A stretch of 59,724 bases of DNA, filler included. It is 4 parts of 4 records of this genome, joined end to end, with 100 filler letters (N's around TTAATTAATTAA, not from the genome) between each part and the next. Parts side by side here need not be neighbours in the genome. Positions count along the whole stretch, not along the records: positions 1 to 18,596 come from SRR31156797_1382; 3 more parts are not named here. The stretch is one strand, 5' to 3'. A model generated the notes under the pieces. It saw nothing but the letters and a program-made list of their open reading frames with translations. It did no database searches and had not been told where the DNA came from. Shown here one piece after another: positions 1 to 10,790 of the stretch (the stretch's first letter is position 1; each line of letters opens with the position of its first letter). Made by a program: the position numbers and the translations under genes.

Positions 1-2885
1 TTCTCGAGGCCGATACCGCACTCGTAGCCCTTGGCAACTTCGCGAACATCGTCCTTTTCGCGGCGCAGGGAAGAAACCTGACCGGTGTAGATGACAACAC
101 CGTCGCGGAGCAGGCGAACCTGAGCGCCACGAGTGATCTTGCCGTCCGGGATGTAACAACCGGCGATGAGGCCAATCTTCGGTACACTGAAGGTCTGACG
201 AACTTCCGCCTGACCCAGGTACACTTCTTCGATGTCCGGGGTGAGCATGCCGCTCATGGCGTCTTTCACTTCCTGCACCAACTTGTAGATGATGTCGTAG
301 AAGCGGACTTCAACGCCTTCGTGCTCGGCAATTTCCTTGACCTTCAGGTTCGGACGAACGTTGAAGCCAAGGATGATGGCTTCGGACGCACCGGCGAGAA
401 GGATGTCGGATTCGGTGATAGCACCGGCTCCGCCATGAACGACGTCGATCTTGATTTCGTCGGTGGAGAGCTTGTTGAGCGCTTCGGTGACGGCTTCCAA
501 GGAACCCTGAACGTCTGCCTTGAGCACAAGGTTCAAAGTCTGACTTTCGTCGTTGGGCTTGCTTGCCAAGAAGGATTCCAAGGTGACCTTGGACTTGGAG
601 GAGAGAATCTTCTCACGTTTCTTCATGGCACGAGAGTTGGCGATGCGGCGGGCGACTTTCTCGTCTGCCACAACAAACAACTCGTCACCAGCTTCGGGCA
701 GACCGTCAAAACCCTGAATTTCTACAGGCATGGCCGGTCCGGCTGTCTTGAGTTTTTTGCCCTGATCGTTGAACATGGCGCGGACTTTACCGAAGTGGAC
801 ACCGGATACAAAGCTGTCGCCTTGATTGATGGTTCCTTCAGAGATGAGCATGGTACCTACAGGACCACGGCCCTTGTCCAAACGCGCTTCAACTATGTGA
901 CCACGAGCAGGCTTGTCCGGGTTGGCCTTGAGTTCCAGAACTTCTGCCTGGAGCAGGACCATTTCGAGCAGCTCGTCGAGGCCTTCTTTTTTCTTTGCGG
1001 AAACGTGCGCGAAGATAGTTTCGCCACCCCAGTCTTCGGGGGAGAGGCCCAGTTCGGCCAATTCACGTTTGACGTTATCGGGATTCGCGCCTTCTTTATC
1101 CATTTTGTTGACGGCAACCACAATGGGAACGCCAGCCGCTTTGGAGTGACTGATGGCCTCACGGGTCTGATCCATGACACCATCATCGGCAGCAACAACC
1201 AGAATGACGATATCCGTCACCTGTGCGCCACGCATACGCATGGTGGTAAAGGCTTCGTGACCGGGAGTATCGAGGAAGACAACTTCGCCGCGAGCTGTTT
1301 GCACATGGTATGCGCCGATATGCTGTGTGATGCCGCCAGCTTCGCCGTCGGTCACATTGGACAGACGGATGGCGTCCAGCAAAGAGGTTTTACCATGGTC
1401 AACGTGACCCATGATGGTAACCACAGGGGGACGCGGTTTGAGATCTTCATCTTTATCAGCCTCGGTGGGAGCCAGGAAGTCCTGCTCGTCAAAAGAGACG
1501 TTTTCCACTTCGTAACCGAATTCGCTTGCAAGCAAAGTCGCAGTATCAAGATCAAGAGATTGGTTGATCGTGGCCATAACACCCATTGTGAACAATGCCT
1601 TAATGAGGTCCTGAGCCTTGATTCCCATCTGATGAGCCATGTCCGCAAGACGGATGGTTTCATCAAATTTGATCTTGCGCTTGGCTGCCTTCATGGGCTG
1701 TGCCTGAACCTGCTCATGCTGAGGAGTCTGGTTCTTGCGGCCTTTCTTTTTGCGACCTTTGCGTCCCTGCGGGAAACCATCGTTGAAGTTTTTGTTGCCG
1801 CGATCATTCCCGGCACCGAATTCTACAACGCGGCGTTTCTTGCCCTGTTTTTTCTTGCTGCGACCATCAGGCATTGCCGGAGCCGGAGCAGGTGCACTAC
1901 CAGGACGGCTTCCACCGGGACGACCACCGCCTGGGCGACCTCCGCCAGGACGATTGTCGGGACGACCGCCACCTGGGCGACCACCTCCGGGACGACCTCC
2001 GCCAGGACGGCCTCCGCCGGGACGACCGCCACCAGGACGACCACCACCAGGGCGACCGCCGGGACGACGTTCAGGCTGGGCCATTTTGGCAGCCGCACGA
2101 GCCTGTACTTCCGCCTCGGTGGGCATGGAAATGATTTTTACTTTAGGAGCTTCTTGCTCTCTTTTCTTTTTCTTTTTCTTTTTGGGTTCAGCTTTGGCCG
2201 CAACCTCTTCCTTGGCCGGTTTTTCGGCAGGGGCTTTCTTTTCCGCTTTTTTGGGCTTTTCAGCTTTTTGAGCGGGCTCAGCCTTTTTGACTGGCTTGGT
2301 AGGGGCTTCTTCCTTGGCTTCAGCTTTTGGAGCAGCTTCGGTTTTTTCAGGCACGGGTTCGGGGGCGGCCTCTTCAACCACTGCTTCCGGAACCGGGGTT
2401 TCTACAACCTCGGCCTTGATCTCTTCGGGCTTTTCCTCCACGGCTGGTTTGATCACCTTGACCTGAGGGGCAGCCTTTTTTGGAGCCTTCTTTTTGGCAG
2501 GTTTTTTTTCTGCCTTTGGTTCTTTGACTTCCTCAACAGGTGCAGCTTTTTCCTCCACAGGAGCTTTTGCCACTTCCTCGACGGGAGCCTCCACCACTTC
2601 CTCGACCGTATCCTCGATCGGGGCTGCGGCTTCCTCTTCCTTGGGAGCCTTGGATTTATTGCGTCTGCGTCGGATTATGACGCCAGAGTCGCTCACACGA
2701 CGGACTTCGCGTTTGCCGGAACCGCCTTTCTTCATTTCCGCCTTGAGGCGGTCCACATCTTCGTCTTCTACGACAGTCTTTTGGCTTTTGGCCTGGACGC
2801 CGATTTCACGAAGTTGCTGAATGATCTCCTTGTTGCTGAGTTTGAGCTCAGCAGCCAAGTCTTCTACCCGAACCTTTGCCGTCAT
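1..2885 (-). CDS. infB: Translation initiation factor IF-2 (3' end cut by window edge)
   Basis: Not in the ORF track because it is open at the edge. The minus frame from ATG 2885 reads [29 protein letters not shown]..., has a P/G/R-rich linker and GTPase motifs ([14 protein letters not shown]), and ends ...GYECGIGLE at base 1. It lies downstream of nusA-ylxR. Confidence 0.97.
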   Translation of the reverse strand, partial: MTAKVRVEDLAAELKLSNKEIIQQLREIGVQAKSQKTVVEDEDVDRLKAEMKKGGSGKREVRRVSDSGVIIRRRRNKSKAPKEEEAAAPIEDTVEEVVEAPVEEVAKAPVEEKAAPVEEVKEPKAEKKPAKKKAPKKAAPQVKVIKPAVEEKPEEIKAEVVETPVPEAVVEEAAPEPVPEKTEAAPKAEAKEEAPTKPVKKAEPAQKAEKPKKAEKKAPAEKPAKEEVAAKAEPKKKKKKKREQEAPKVKIISMPTEAEVQARAAAKMAQPERRPGGRPGGGRPGGGRPGGGRPGGGRPGGGRPGGGRPDNRPGGGRPGGGRPGGSRPGSAPAPAPAMPDGRSKKKQGKKRRVVEFGAGNDRGNKNFNDGFPQGRKGRKKKGRKNQTPQHEQVQAQPMKAAKRKIKFDETIRLADMAHQMGIKAQDLIKALFTMGVMATINQSLDLDTATLLASEFGYEVENVSFDEQDFLAPTEADKDEDLKPRPPVVTIMGHVDHGKTSLLDAIRLSNVTDGEAGGITQHIGAYHVQTARGEVVFLDTPGHEAFTTMRMRGAQVTDIVILVVAADDGVMDQTREAISHSKAAGVPIVVAVNKMDKEGANPDNVKRELAELGLSPEDWGGETIFAHVSAKKKEGLDELLEMVLLQAEVLELKANPDKPARGHIVEARLDKGRGPVGTMLISEGTINQGDSFVSGVHFGKVRAMFNDQGKKLKTAGPAMPVEIQGFDGLPEAGDELFVVADEKVARRIANSRAMKKREKILSSKSKVTLESFLASKPNDESQTLNLVLKADVQGSLEAVTEALNKLSTDEIKIDVVHGGAGAITESDILLAGASEAIILGFNVRPNLKVKEIAEHEGVEVRFYDIIYKLVQEVKDAMSGMLTPDIEEVYLGQAEVRQTFSVPKIGLIAGCYIPDGKITRGAQVRLLRDGVVIYTGQVSSLRREKDDVREVAKGYECGIGLE

Positions 2886-3137
2886 CTAATTACCCCTTTT
2901 GCGTTTCTTCATCAGGCCCATGATTACTTTTGGGAATAGCTCCCTGCATCGGGTCTGACCGCATACGTAAATTCCGCGTCCGGGCATTATGTGCCCCGGA
3001 TCAAGTACCGGACCGTTGTCAGTCGGTTCGCTTGTTGCTTCCGGACAGACGTACCGCGTCAGTTCTCCCTTGGAGAACCGTTCGCGACAGACAACGCACA
3101 TTCTGACAGGATCGTGTTTATGCCCTGTATGGTTCAT
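2886..3137 (-). CDS. ylxR: YlxR/DUF448 family RNA-binding protein
   Basis: PVRMCVVCRERFSKGELTRYV...GRGIYVC motif; located between nusA and infB. Confidence 0.9.
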   Translation of the reverse strand: MNHTGHKHDPVRMCVVCRERFSKGELTRYVCPEATSEPTDNGPVLDPGHIMPGRGIYVCGQTRCRELFPKVIMGLMKKRKRGN

Positions 3138-3157
3138 GCGTTGTCCGTGCCCCAGTG

Positions 3158-4546
3158 TTATTTCGTCTCCTCGCCTTCGGCGGGAGTTTCTGATTCTTCA
3201 GTTTCAGTAGCTTCTTCAGCAACATTCTCTTCCACTTCTGCTTCGACTTTTGCGATTTCTTCAGTCGTTTCTGCTTCGGCGGTCTCTATTGCTTCTTCTG
3301 CGGCCAGTTCTTCGAAGATGCCGGGAGCAAGCATGTTGATAGCCACGCGGATATCGCCAATTTTGCTTTCGGTCATGCCCTTGATGGAGAGCAGGTCTTC
3401 ATCTGTGGCCTTGACGATGGACTCGATGGTCTCGAAGCCTGCGCCAAAGAAGTTTTCCATGCCGATTTCGGCAACTGCTGCAATTTGATCCATGCCCTTG
3501 CGTGCAGCATTCATCTCGCCGTAGCGGGATTCGGTGAAGATGTCGATCTTCCAGCCCAGAAGTTTTGCGGCCAACTTGACGTTTTGCCCTTTGCGGCCAA
3601 TTGCCAAGGAGAGCTGATCGTCGGGGCAGACTACTTCCAATGCTTCTTCTTCATCATCTACGGTAATACGTGAGATGAGGGCTGGAGAGAGTGCGTGCTG
3701 AGCGTACATGGCGATGTCCGGACTCCAGACAACGATGTCGATGCGTTCACCCTTGAGTTCCTGCACCACATTTTGAATACGGGAGCCTCGGATACCAACA
3801 CAGGCGCCGACCGGATCAACATCACGGTCTCGGGACATGACAGCCACCTTGGCGCGCAGGCCTGGATCGCGAGATACACCCATGATCTTGACGGTGCCGT
3901 CTGCCACTTCGGGAACCTCGCGTTTGAACAGTTCGATCATGTAGTCCGGGTGGGACCTTGACACGACGACCTGCGGGCCACGGGATTCTTTTAATACATC
4001 TATAATATACGCCTGGACGCGATCACCGCGTTTGTAGCGTTCTCTGGGAATCTGTTCGTCTTTGGGTAACAGAGCTTCGGTGCGTCCGAGATTGATAATC
4101 CAACCGGTACGGTCGCGGCGTTGAATGATGCCGCTGGCGATTTCGGAAACGCGGTCTCTGTATTCTTCAAATATGATTTCCTGTTCAGCATCCCGCATAC
4201 GCTGGATGATGACCTGTTTGGCGCTCTGCGCAGCAATGCGGCCAAGGTCTTCGACTTTCAGGGGGAAACCCATCTCGTCATCTAACTGGGCCTTGGGGTC
4301 ATGGTCTATGGCATCGTCCAGCGAAATTTCGCTGATTGGGTCGTGCACGTCGTCCACGACTACCTTGAATTCGAAGACCTCGATTTCGCCGAGTTCTTCG
4401 TTGAAGGCTACTTCGATGTCCATGGTCTCGCCATACTTGCGGGCCACAGCCGAACGGACGGCCTCCTCAAGAGTGTCGATCAACAGGTCGCGGTCAATGC
4501 CCCTGTCCTTGCTTATCTGGTCGATGGCCTTTTTCAGCTCCGACAT
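3158..4546 (-). CDS. nusA: Transcription termination/antitermination factor NusA
   Basis: GRIAAQSAKQVIIQ, S1/KH motifs (DPVGACVGIRGSRI, LAIGRKGQNVKLA). Confidence 0.98.
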   Translation of the reverse strand: MSELKKAIDQISKDRGIDRDLLIDTLEEAVRSAVARKYGETMDIEVAFNEELGEIEVFEFKVVVDDVHDPISEISLDDAIDHDPKAQLDDEMGFPLKVEDLGRIAAQSAKQVIIQRMRDAEQEIIFEEYRDRVSEIASGIIQRRDRTGWIINLGRTEALLPKDEQIPRERYKRGDRVQAYIIDVLKESRGPQVVVSRSHPDYMIELFKREVPEVADGTVKIMGVSRDPGLRAKVAVMSRDRDVDPVGACVGIRGSRIQNVVQELKGERIDIVVWSPDIAMYAQHALSPALISRITVDDEEEALEVVCPDDQLSLAIGRKGQNVKLAAKLLGWKIDIFTESRYGEMNAARKGMDQIAAVAEIGMENFFGAGFETIESIVKATDEDLLSIKGMTESKIGDIRVAINMLAPGIFEELAAEEAIETAEAETTEEIAKVEAEVEENVAEEATETEESETPAEGEETK

Positions 4547-4607
4547 GATCTAACCTCCGCTTGTGCCGAAATGGTCCGAATCCTTTCGGCGGATAATGCA
4601 CTTACAA

Positions 4608-5066
4608 CTAAAATTTGTGTATCAGTTTGGCTTTCTTGATGGAAATCCACATGAAATCCAAGATATCGTCATCGACATTCATGGTGATCGTTTCGTCTTT
4701 CACCCCAGTCAGTGTGCCTTTGAACTTGCGCCTGTCACCGTGAGCTTCAAACAGGGTGATTTGGATTTCTTTGCCGATATAATTGACCATTTGGTCCGGC
4801 GAGAAAAAAGGGCGCTCCAGTCCGGGCGAGGATACTTCCAGTGTGAAAGCTCCGGGAATGACGTCTTCTACTTCGAGCATCAAACCAACCTGACGGCTGA
4901 CGTGAGCACATTGGTCGATATGCACGCCATCAGGACCGTCGATGTATATGCGAACAACACGTTTTTTGCCGGACGCAGGAGAAGACAGTCCCCAGAACTG
5001 GTAGCCGAGGTTCTCCACCTCTGGCCGGATGATGTCCGACAGCATTTCTTCGAAAGTCTGACGCAT
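4608..5066 (-). CDS. rimP: Ribosome maturation factor RimP
   Basis: VRIYIDGPDGV...C...LEVSSPGLERP. Start moved to ATG 5066 (MRQTFEEML), which follows a GGAG RBS. Confidence 0.95.
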   Translation of the reverse strand: MRQTFEEMLSDIIRPEVENLGYQFWGLSSPASGKKRVVRIYIDGPDGVHIDQCAHVSRQVGLMLEVEDVIPGAFTLEVSSPGLERPFFSPDQMVNYIGKEIQITLFEAHGDRRKFKGTLTGVKDETITMNVDDDILDFMWISIKKAKLIHKF

Positions 5067-5113
5067 TGTATCAATACTCCATACAAACCGCGTAAGCGGC
5101 GAAAAAAACAAAT

Positions 5114-5138
5114 AAAAAAGGTGAGCCCGAGCTCACCT
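5114..5138 (-). terminator. Intrinsic terminator-like hairpin in the rimP leader
   Basis: Minus strand reads AGGTGAGC-TCGG-GCTCACCT followed by a T-run, between the tRNA and rimP. Confidence 0.7.
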
Positions 5139-5184
5139 GCGCGAACCCCGCAAGGTTGTTAGAAACCAGCCTTGCGAAAGGCAT

Positions 5185-5260
5185 TGGAGCGGGTGACGGG
5201 GGTCGAACCCGCTACTTTCAGCTTGGGAAGCTGACACTCTACCAATTGAGTTACACCCGC
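5185..5260 (-). tRNA. tRNA-Gly (anticodon CCC)
   Basis: Reverse complement GCGGGTGTAACTCAATTGGTAGAGTGTCAGCTTCCCAAGCTGAAAGTAGCGGGTTCGACCCCCGTCACCCGCTCCA: 76 nt cloverleaf, TTCGA T-loop, encoded CCA. Confidence 0.97.
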
Positions 5261-5351
5261 TTGGAAACGAGCCTATTTATACATATATAGAACCGTTGTC
5301 AACAAGCTTGACCTCTTGGCAAATGCTGTCAGTCGTCAGTCTTTACCAATT

Positions 5352-5367
5352 TGGCATGCATAGTGCA
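5352..5367 (+). promoter_or_regulatory. Sigma54 (-24/-12) promoter of the flg operon
   Basis: TGGCATGCATAGTGCA has GG-N10-GC spacing and lies about 30 nt upstream of the flgF start. Confidence 0.75.
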
Positions 5368-5396
5368 AATCCCTCGCAGAACAGGAGGATCGCTCT

Positions 5397-6176
5397 ATGC
5401 GAAATAGTACATATAGTGCTTTATTCGGCGCTTTATCCAATGAAATGAGGATGTCATCCATCGCCAATAATTTGGCGAATGTGAACACGTCGGCTTTCAA
5501 AAAAGACACGATGTCCTTTCATGACACCTTTACACGTTTTGCACATGACTACCTTATAGATGGGAAAAATCATCTTCGAGGTAAGGATTTGTTTCCTAGA
5601 GCCAACGTCATGGCTAAACCGCGTCTTTCTGCGCAGCAGCCCGATTTCTCCCAGGGGAGCCTCCAAAAGACTGGTAACCAACTTGATTTTGCTTTGTCTG
5701 GAGAAGGTTTTTTCAAGGTGCAGAGTGGGAACGGGGATGTACTATACACTCGGTCCGGCAATTTCCTGCCCGATTCTAACGGGATTCTTCGTACGCAGGA
5801 TGGTAACACCGTTATGGTGGACGGTGGCCCTTTGACACTTCCGCCGGGAGCGCAGGTAATCGTTGATTCTGCTGGCAATATTTCCGTTAACGGAAATCCT
5901 GCGGGAACCTTTGATCTCGCGTCCTTTGAAGATTTGACGCAGGTCGAACGTCTCGGGGCAAACTATTACACCGTTGCAGATGGTGTTGGTGAGATTCCTC
6001 CCGAAGATATGTCCGTTCAGCAGGGGTTCCTTGAGAAGGGCAATGTGGATGTCGTCACCGAGATGGTAGCCATGATCGAAACACAACGCGCCTTCACCAT
6101 GTATTCGAAAATGATTCAGACTTCTCACGATACTGACCAGAAATTGATCACTCAGGTTGGACGTCCAACCATATAA
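5397..6176 (+). CDS. flgF: Flagellar basal-body rod protein FlgF
   Basis: IANNLANVNTSAFKK N-motif, LEKGNVDVVTEMVAMI C-motif; precedes flgG. Confidence 0.9.
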   Translation: MRNSTYSALFGALSNEMRMSSIANNLANVNTSAFKKDTMSFHDTFTRFAHDYLIDGKNHLRGKDLFPRANVMAKPRLSAQQPDFSQGSLQKTGNQLDFALSGEGFFKVQSGNGDVLYTRSGNFLPDSNGILRTQDGNTVMVDGGPLTLPPGAQVIVDSAGNISVNGNPAGTFDLASFEDLTQVERLGANYYTVADGVGEIPPEDMSVQQGFLEKGNVDVVTEMVAMIETQRAFTMYSKMIQTSHDTDQKLITQVGRPTI

Positions 6177-6193
6177 TTTAGGAGGATTCGGCT

Positions 6194-6976
6194 ATGATGC
6201 GTTCTCTTTGGACCTCAGCCACAGGCATGGTTGCCATGCAGACTCACATCGACACGTTGTCAAATAACTTGGCCAACGTGAACACCACCGGGTTCAAAAA
6301 GAGCCGGGCGGAGTTTGAGGATCTTATGTACCAGACGCTTCAGATTGCGGGCGCTCAAAATGCCACGGGCGGGCGGACACCTGTTGGTATGCAGATTGGT
6401 ATGGGGGTACGTCCGGTCACAGTACACAAGTTCTTTACGCAGGGTGACTTCAAAAATACCGGTAACCCTTTGGATATGGCTATTGAAGGCGACGGTTTTT
6501 TTCAAGTGTTACAGAATGGTGAAGAGGTTTATACCCGCGCAGGCTCTTTCAAGCTGGATGACGAAGGACGTGTCGTTACCGCAGGCGGTTGGCCGTTGCA
6601 GCCTGAATTCACCGTGCCGCCGGAAACCGTCAGTGTCGTCGTTACTGAAAATGGTAATATTGCCGCTTTGGATAAGGATGGTACGGCATTATCTGAAGGC
6701 GATATCGATATTTATCGTTTCCAGAACCCGGCGGGACTGATTGCTACAGGTCGTAATTTTTACCGCGAAAGTGAAGCTTCCGGTGCAGCTGTATCCGGCA
6801 CTCCAGGTGATGAAAATTACGGCACTATCGCTCAGGGATTTCTTGAAGGGTCCAATGTGGAAATGGTGGATGAAATGGTTGGTCTGATCGTGGGGCAGAG
6901 AGCCTTTGAAATTAATTCAAAAGCCATCACTACATCTGACAGTATGTTGCAGACCGCCATTAATATCAAACGTTAA
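6194..6976 (+). CDS. flgG: Flagellar distal rod protein FlgG
   Basis: MMRSLWTSATGM, SNNLANVNTTGFKKSRAEFEDLMYQ, LEGSNV. Confidence 0.96.
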   Translation: MMRSLWTSATGMVAMQTHIDTLSNNLANVNTTGFKKSRAEFEDLMYQTLQIAGAQNATGGRTPVGMQIGMGVRPVTVHKFFTQGDFKNTGNPLDMAIEGDGFFQVLQNGEEVYTRAGSFKLDDEGRVVTAGGWPLQPEFTVPPETVSVVVTENGNIAALDKDGTALSEGDIDIYRFQNPAGLIATGRNFYRESEASGAAVSGTPGDENYGTIAQGFLEGSNVEMVDEMVGLIVGQRAFEINSKAITTSDSMLQTAINIKR

Positions 6977-7012
6977 CGGGTAGTTGAATAACGCCTGTTA
7001 CAAGGATGGTTC

Positions 7013-8026
7013 ATGCGTATGTCGAGCAGACAGAATAAAAACACACGGTGGTCAGGGATCGCCCGGCATTTGTTTGTCATTTTGATGGCAGGATTTGTTT
7101 TGGGATTGCCTGTTTTAACCGGGGCCGCCAATGGTTCGGCATGGCAGGCCATGGTGCGTGATGCGGTCTGCGTTAAGGGACCGGATGTCTTGCTTGGTGA
7201 AATTGCTGATCCAGTCAACGATATGGCGCAGAATCAATGGAAGACCCTTTCAACCATCAAATTATGGAAAGCTTCCACCAAACCAGGGCGTCCGGTGACG
7301 GTGTCCCGGGGCAAGCTGAAAAAAGTACTTCATCATTATATGGGCGATTTGGTGAACAATCTGGTTTTGCCGAGTCAGATGACGGTGCAGACCGGGGGAC
7401 AGGTTGTCAGCGGTGAACAGCTCAAGGCTCGTGTTGTCGCTTTTTTGACGCCGAGGGTTAAAGATCTCGGTGGTGACGTTGATTTCAAGAATTTTCAGAT
7501 GCCACGACATATATTTTTCCCCAATAAATATGATTCATTGTCCATCAGCATGCGTGATGATCTTAAGCCTGGACGGAATCAGATCAAGCTGCACGGTGTG
7601 ACTCCTGATGGGAAAATTATTTTGCGGAAGAGTTGTGTGGTGTTCGCTAATGTTTGGAAGGCCGTACCTGTAGCAGCCAAACCGTTGAATCGATTTGAGC
7701 GGTTGACCCGTGACAAGGTGTCGTTTCAGCGAGTCAATCTGGCATATAAGCGTGATGTTTGGGACGGAACCGGTGGACCGTGGCGCATGGCTCGCACCTT
7801 GGGGCGGGGGCAACCTTTCACTCGGGCTCATTTAGAACAGATTCCGCTTATTGAAAAAGGGGAGCATGTTCATCTCATGTACAGAGGCAAGAAGGTGCAA
7901 CTGACCATCAAAGCCGAGGCTCTTGGTGAGGCTGGAATGGGACAACAGGTTGCGGTCAGGAATTTGCAAAGCAAAAAGACAGTGTTGGCTACCGTGATCA
8001 GCGATGACACGGTGCTCGTCAGATAG
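7013..8026 (+). CDS. flgA: P-ring formation chaperone FlgA
   Basis: Signal peptide; C-terminal AEALGEAGMGQQVAVRNLQSKK motif; gene order flgG-flgA-flgH. Confidence 0.9.
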   Translation: MRMSSRQNKNTRWSGIARHLFVILMAGFVLGLPVLTGAANGSAWQAMVRDAVCVKGPDVLLGEIADPVNDMAQNQWKTLSTIKLWKASTKPGRPVTVSRGKLKKVLHHYMGDLVNNLVLPSQMTVQTGGQVVSGEQLKARVVAFLTPRVKDLGGDVDFKNFQMPRHIFFPNKYDSLSISMRDDLKPGRNQIKLHGVTPDGKIILRKSCVVFANVWKAVPVAAKPLNRFERLTRDKVSFQRVNLAYKRDVWDGTGGPWRMARTLGRGQPFTRAHLEQIPLIEKGEHVHLMYRGKKVQLTIKAEALGEAGMGQQVAVRNLQSKKTVLATVISDDTVLVR

Positions 8027-8041
8027 GCAAGGAGTAGAGTC

Positions 8042-8737
8042 ATGAGGCAATATCTTTTAATTATGGTGGCAGTCATCACGCTGATGGCTGGTTGTGCCCC
8101 TCGTTATGAGGAGCAACCCATGCCCGTCTTGACCCCTCCGGTCTATGAAGAGCAAGACCCGGCTCTTAATCCCGGTTCACTGTATGATACGAACCGATCT
8201 GAATTTCTTTATGATGATAACCGGGCTACCCGCGTTGGTGATATCGTTTTGGTGAGAGTCTCCGAAACTTCCAATACCAAATTGAAGTCCGAAACGACGG
8301 CAGACAAGGAAAATACCATTAATACCGGTGTGACAGCTATGCCTACCACCGGATTGATCGGTGCCATCCCATTGGCGGGAACTCTTGGAGCTGAAGCCGG
8401 TACGAGTATTGCTGCATCCCAGTCTTCTGAGTTCAAGGGGAATGGTGAAACCAAACAGGAATCGGAATTTGAGGCCATGGTTGCCACCCGCATTGTGCGC
8501 AGGCTTCCGGGCAACCTTTTGCAGGTCGAGGGTGCGCGACGTATCCGTGTCAACGCTGAAACTCAGTTTCTCGTCGTTCGAGGCCTTATTCGTCAGCGGG
8601 ATATCCAGGCGGATAATTCCATTTCGTCTGCGAGTTTGGCTGAGGCTCAGATCGAAATTTATGGTCAGGGTGTCCTGGCTGACAAGCAACGTCCCGGTTG
8701 GCTGTCACGTATTTTGGATAACATCTACCCCTTCTAA
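8042..8737 (+). CDS. flgH: Flagellar L-ring lipoprotein FlgH
   Basis: Lipobox MAGC, DNRATRVGDIV, PGWLSRILD. Confidence 0.95.
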   Translation: MRQYLLIMVAVITLMAGCAPRYEEQPMPVLTPPVYEEQDPALNPGSLYDTNRSEFLYDDNRATRVGDIVLVRVSETSNTKLKSETTADKENTINTGVTAMPTTGLIGAIPLAGTLGAEAGTSIAASQSSEFKGNGETKQESEFEAMVATRIVRRLPGNLLQVEGARRIRVNAETQFLVVRGLIRQRDIQADNSISSASLAEAQIEIYGQGVLADKQRPGWLSRILDNIYPF

Positions 8738-8784
8738 TGAATGGGCGTAACAATATTTTAGCAAGAGGTTGAGGAGCAAACGTC

Positions 8785-9942
8785 ATGAGTTTGAATCACC
8801 AAACGACTCCCATCAATACCGGTGAGGTGACACGGTCACTGATTCTGGTTGTCCTTTTGGGCACTATGCTTGTGTTCTTGGCATCGGTTTTTGTGCCGAC
8901 CGAGGCGCGGGCTGCCCGTCTTAAGGATATCGCCAGTTTCAGCGGCGTGCGGAATAACGAATTGGTTGGGTACGGTCTGGTTGTCGGTCTGGCCGGAACC
9001 GGTGATGGCACCTCGTCGTCTTTTACCATGCGTTCCATGGCCAATATGTTGGAAAAGATGGGGGTCGAGGCTGATCCTAATACCCTGAAACCCAAAAACG
9101 TGGCCGCGGTTATGGTTACGGCCAAGATGCCGGTATCTTCAAAACCCGGTTCCGCAATCGACGTCACAGTTTCATCACTTGGCGACGCCAAGAGCTTGTT
9201 GGGTGGTATCCTTCTGTTGACGCCTCTCAAGGGGCTTGATGGACGAGTTTATGCTGTAGGGCAGGGGGCTTTGACCATTGGTGGTTTTTCTGTTGGTGGA
9301 GAAGCTGCGGATGCCCAGAAGAATATCCCCACCGTGGGGCGTATCCCTAATGGTGCTATAGTTGAGCGGGGAGTTCCCTTCCGGTTCAATAATCAAAATT
9401 CCATGACTTTGAACCTGACTGTGCGAGATTTTGGCACAACTATGCAGGTGGTTAATAAAATCAACGCCAGCATGGGTGGGGGCTTTGCCTCAGCCACGGA
9501 TATTTCCACTATCGAATTGGAACTGCCCGATCAGTTTCGGGGCAATATGGTTCCCTTGATGGCTTCTCTTGAAAATCTCGATATTTCGCCTGACGGCAAG
9601 GCTCGTGTGGTTGTGGATGAAAAGACCGGCACCGTGGTGTTGGGACAGGATGTCCGTCTGAGCAAGGTGGCCGTGGCTCATGGTAACTTGCAGATTGTGG
9701 TCTCCGAAACCGAGGAAGTGAGCCAGCCTGGACCGTTCTCCGATGGGGAGACCGTTGTTTCTCCTTCTACCGATATTCAGGTGCAGGAGCAGAACAATCA
9801 GTTGATGCTTATGGAAGGCGCGACGTTGCAGGAATTGGTGGATGGTCTCAATTCCATTGGTGCGGCACCGCGTGATCTCATATCCATTATTCGCGCCCTC
9901 AAGGTGGCGGGTTCATTGCATGCGGAAGTGGAGGTTATCTAA
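8785..9942 (+). CDS. flgI: Flagellar P-ring protein FlgI
   Basis: RLKDIA...[27 protein letters not shown]. Confidence 0.97.
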   Translation: MSLNHQTTPINTGEVTRSLILVVLLGTMLVFLASVFVPTEARAARLKDIASFSGVRNNELVGYGLVVGLAGTGDGTSSSFTMRSMANMLEKMGVEADPNTLKPKNVAAVMVTAKMPVSSKPGSAIDVTVSSLGDAKSLLGGILLLTPLKGLDGRVYAVGQGALTIGGFSVGGEAADAQKNIPTVGRIPNGAIVERGVPFRFNNQNSMTLNLTVRDFGTTMQVVNKINASMGGGFASATDISTIELELPDQFRGNMVPLMASLENLDISPDGKARVVVDEKTGTVVLGQDVRLSKVAVAHGNLQIVVSETEEVSQPGPFSDGETVVSPSTDIQVQEQNNQLMLMEGATLQELVDGLNSIGAAPRDLISIIRALKVAGSLHAEVEVI

Positions 9943-9943
9943 C

Positions 9944-10717
9944 ATGATCAGCAGTAATATTGATCCTCGTCTGGCAGCCCAACAGGCTGATACCAAAGAC
10001 CTCATTCGTTTCAAGCAGGAGATGGATGGCCTGAAGAAGCGGCTTTCTGAAGGTGTGGATACCAAGGAGCAGCAACTCAAGAAAGCGTGTCAGAATTTTG
10101 AGGCCGTGTTTATCGGCAAGCTCTGGCAACAGATGAAGCAGTCTGTTCCCAAGGAAGGCTATCTGCATTCCAAACAGGAAGACAGTTATATGGGGATGTT
10201 TGATAAAGAATTCTCCGAAAAGATGGCTCAAGCCGGTGGAATCGGTCTGGCAGACGTCATTTTTTCTCAGCTCAGTGAGAAACTCAAAGAAACCAGTAAA
10301 ACGACATTGGCCGGCGGTGTTGATATTAAGCCGTTGGTCCCTCAACCCATTACTTTGGGCAAGCAGGGAGGTGGCATCTCTTTGCAGCAGGAACCGAAAG
10401 GCATGACACTGGAAGATTGGGGTGGAACCGAGGATGTCAGTTCTGCTGGCGGTAATCGTCTCGATCCACAGATGACCAGTGAGCAGATTGCAGCAGGATT
10501 GCTGGGTAAGTCTTCCCGTCCAGTTTTGAGTGATATGGAAGTGCAGGCAAAACTGGATGATTTGGCCCGTCGACTTGAAGCTGACAGAATTCGCGATGGA
10601 CTGCTTGGCAACGGCAGTCGTGTCAGGAAGCCCGGCAGTACCGGGGATGGTTATGAAATTCAAAGTCGTGATGAGCAGGATGGTGCTATTGGCCGGAAAC
10701 TTGCAGAAATAGGGTGA
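9944..10717 (+). CDS. flgJ: FlgJ-like rod-binding protein
   Basis: LKKACQNFEAVFI...GGIGLADVI rod-binding motif. Start placed at ATG 9944, directly after the flgI stop. Confidence 0.8.
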   Translation: MISSNIDPRLAAQQADTKDLIRFKQEMDGLKKRLSEGVDTKEQQLKKACQNFEAVFIGKLWQQMKQSVPKEGYLHSKQEDSYMGMFDKEFSEKMAQAGGIGLADVIFSQLSEKLKETSKTTLAGGVDIKPLVPQPITLGKQGGGISLQQEPKGMTLEDWGGTEDVSSAGGNRLDPQMTSEQIAAGLLGKSSRPVLSDMEVQAKLDDLARRLEADRIRDGLLGNGSRVRKPGSTGDGYEIQSRDEQDGAIGRKLAEIG

Positions 10718-10790
10718 AGGAAAGTTTCCTGATTGTAAGAAAAAGTTAAGATTTGTTTTGATTTAAACAAGTTATGTAAGGGAGAGGGGT

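Noticed and set aside
1900-2070. Tandem GGACGACC-like repeats
   Set aside because: They encode the RPGGG low-complexity linker of IF-2; not a CRISPR array or mobile repeat.
321-2939. 872-aa plus-strand ORF
   Set aside because: Antisense shadow of infB; no RBS or motifs. Its F/L/G-rich composition mirrors IF-2 codons.
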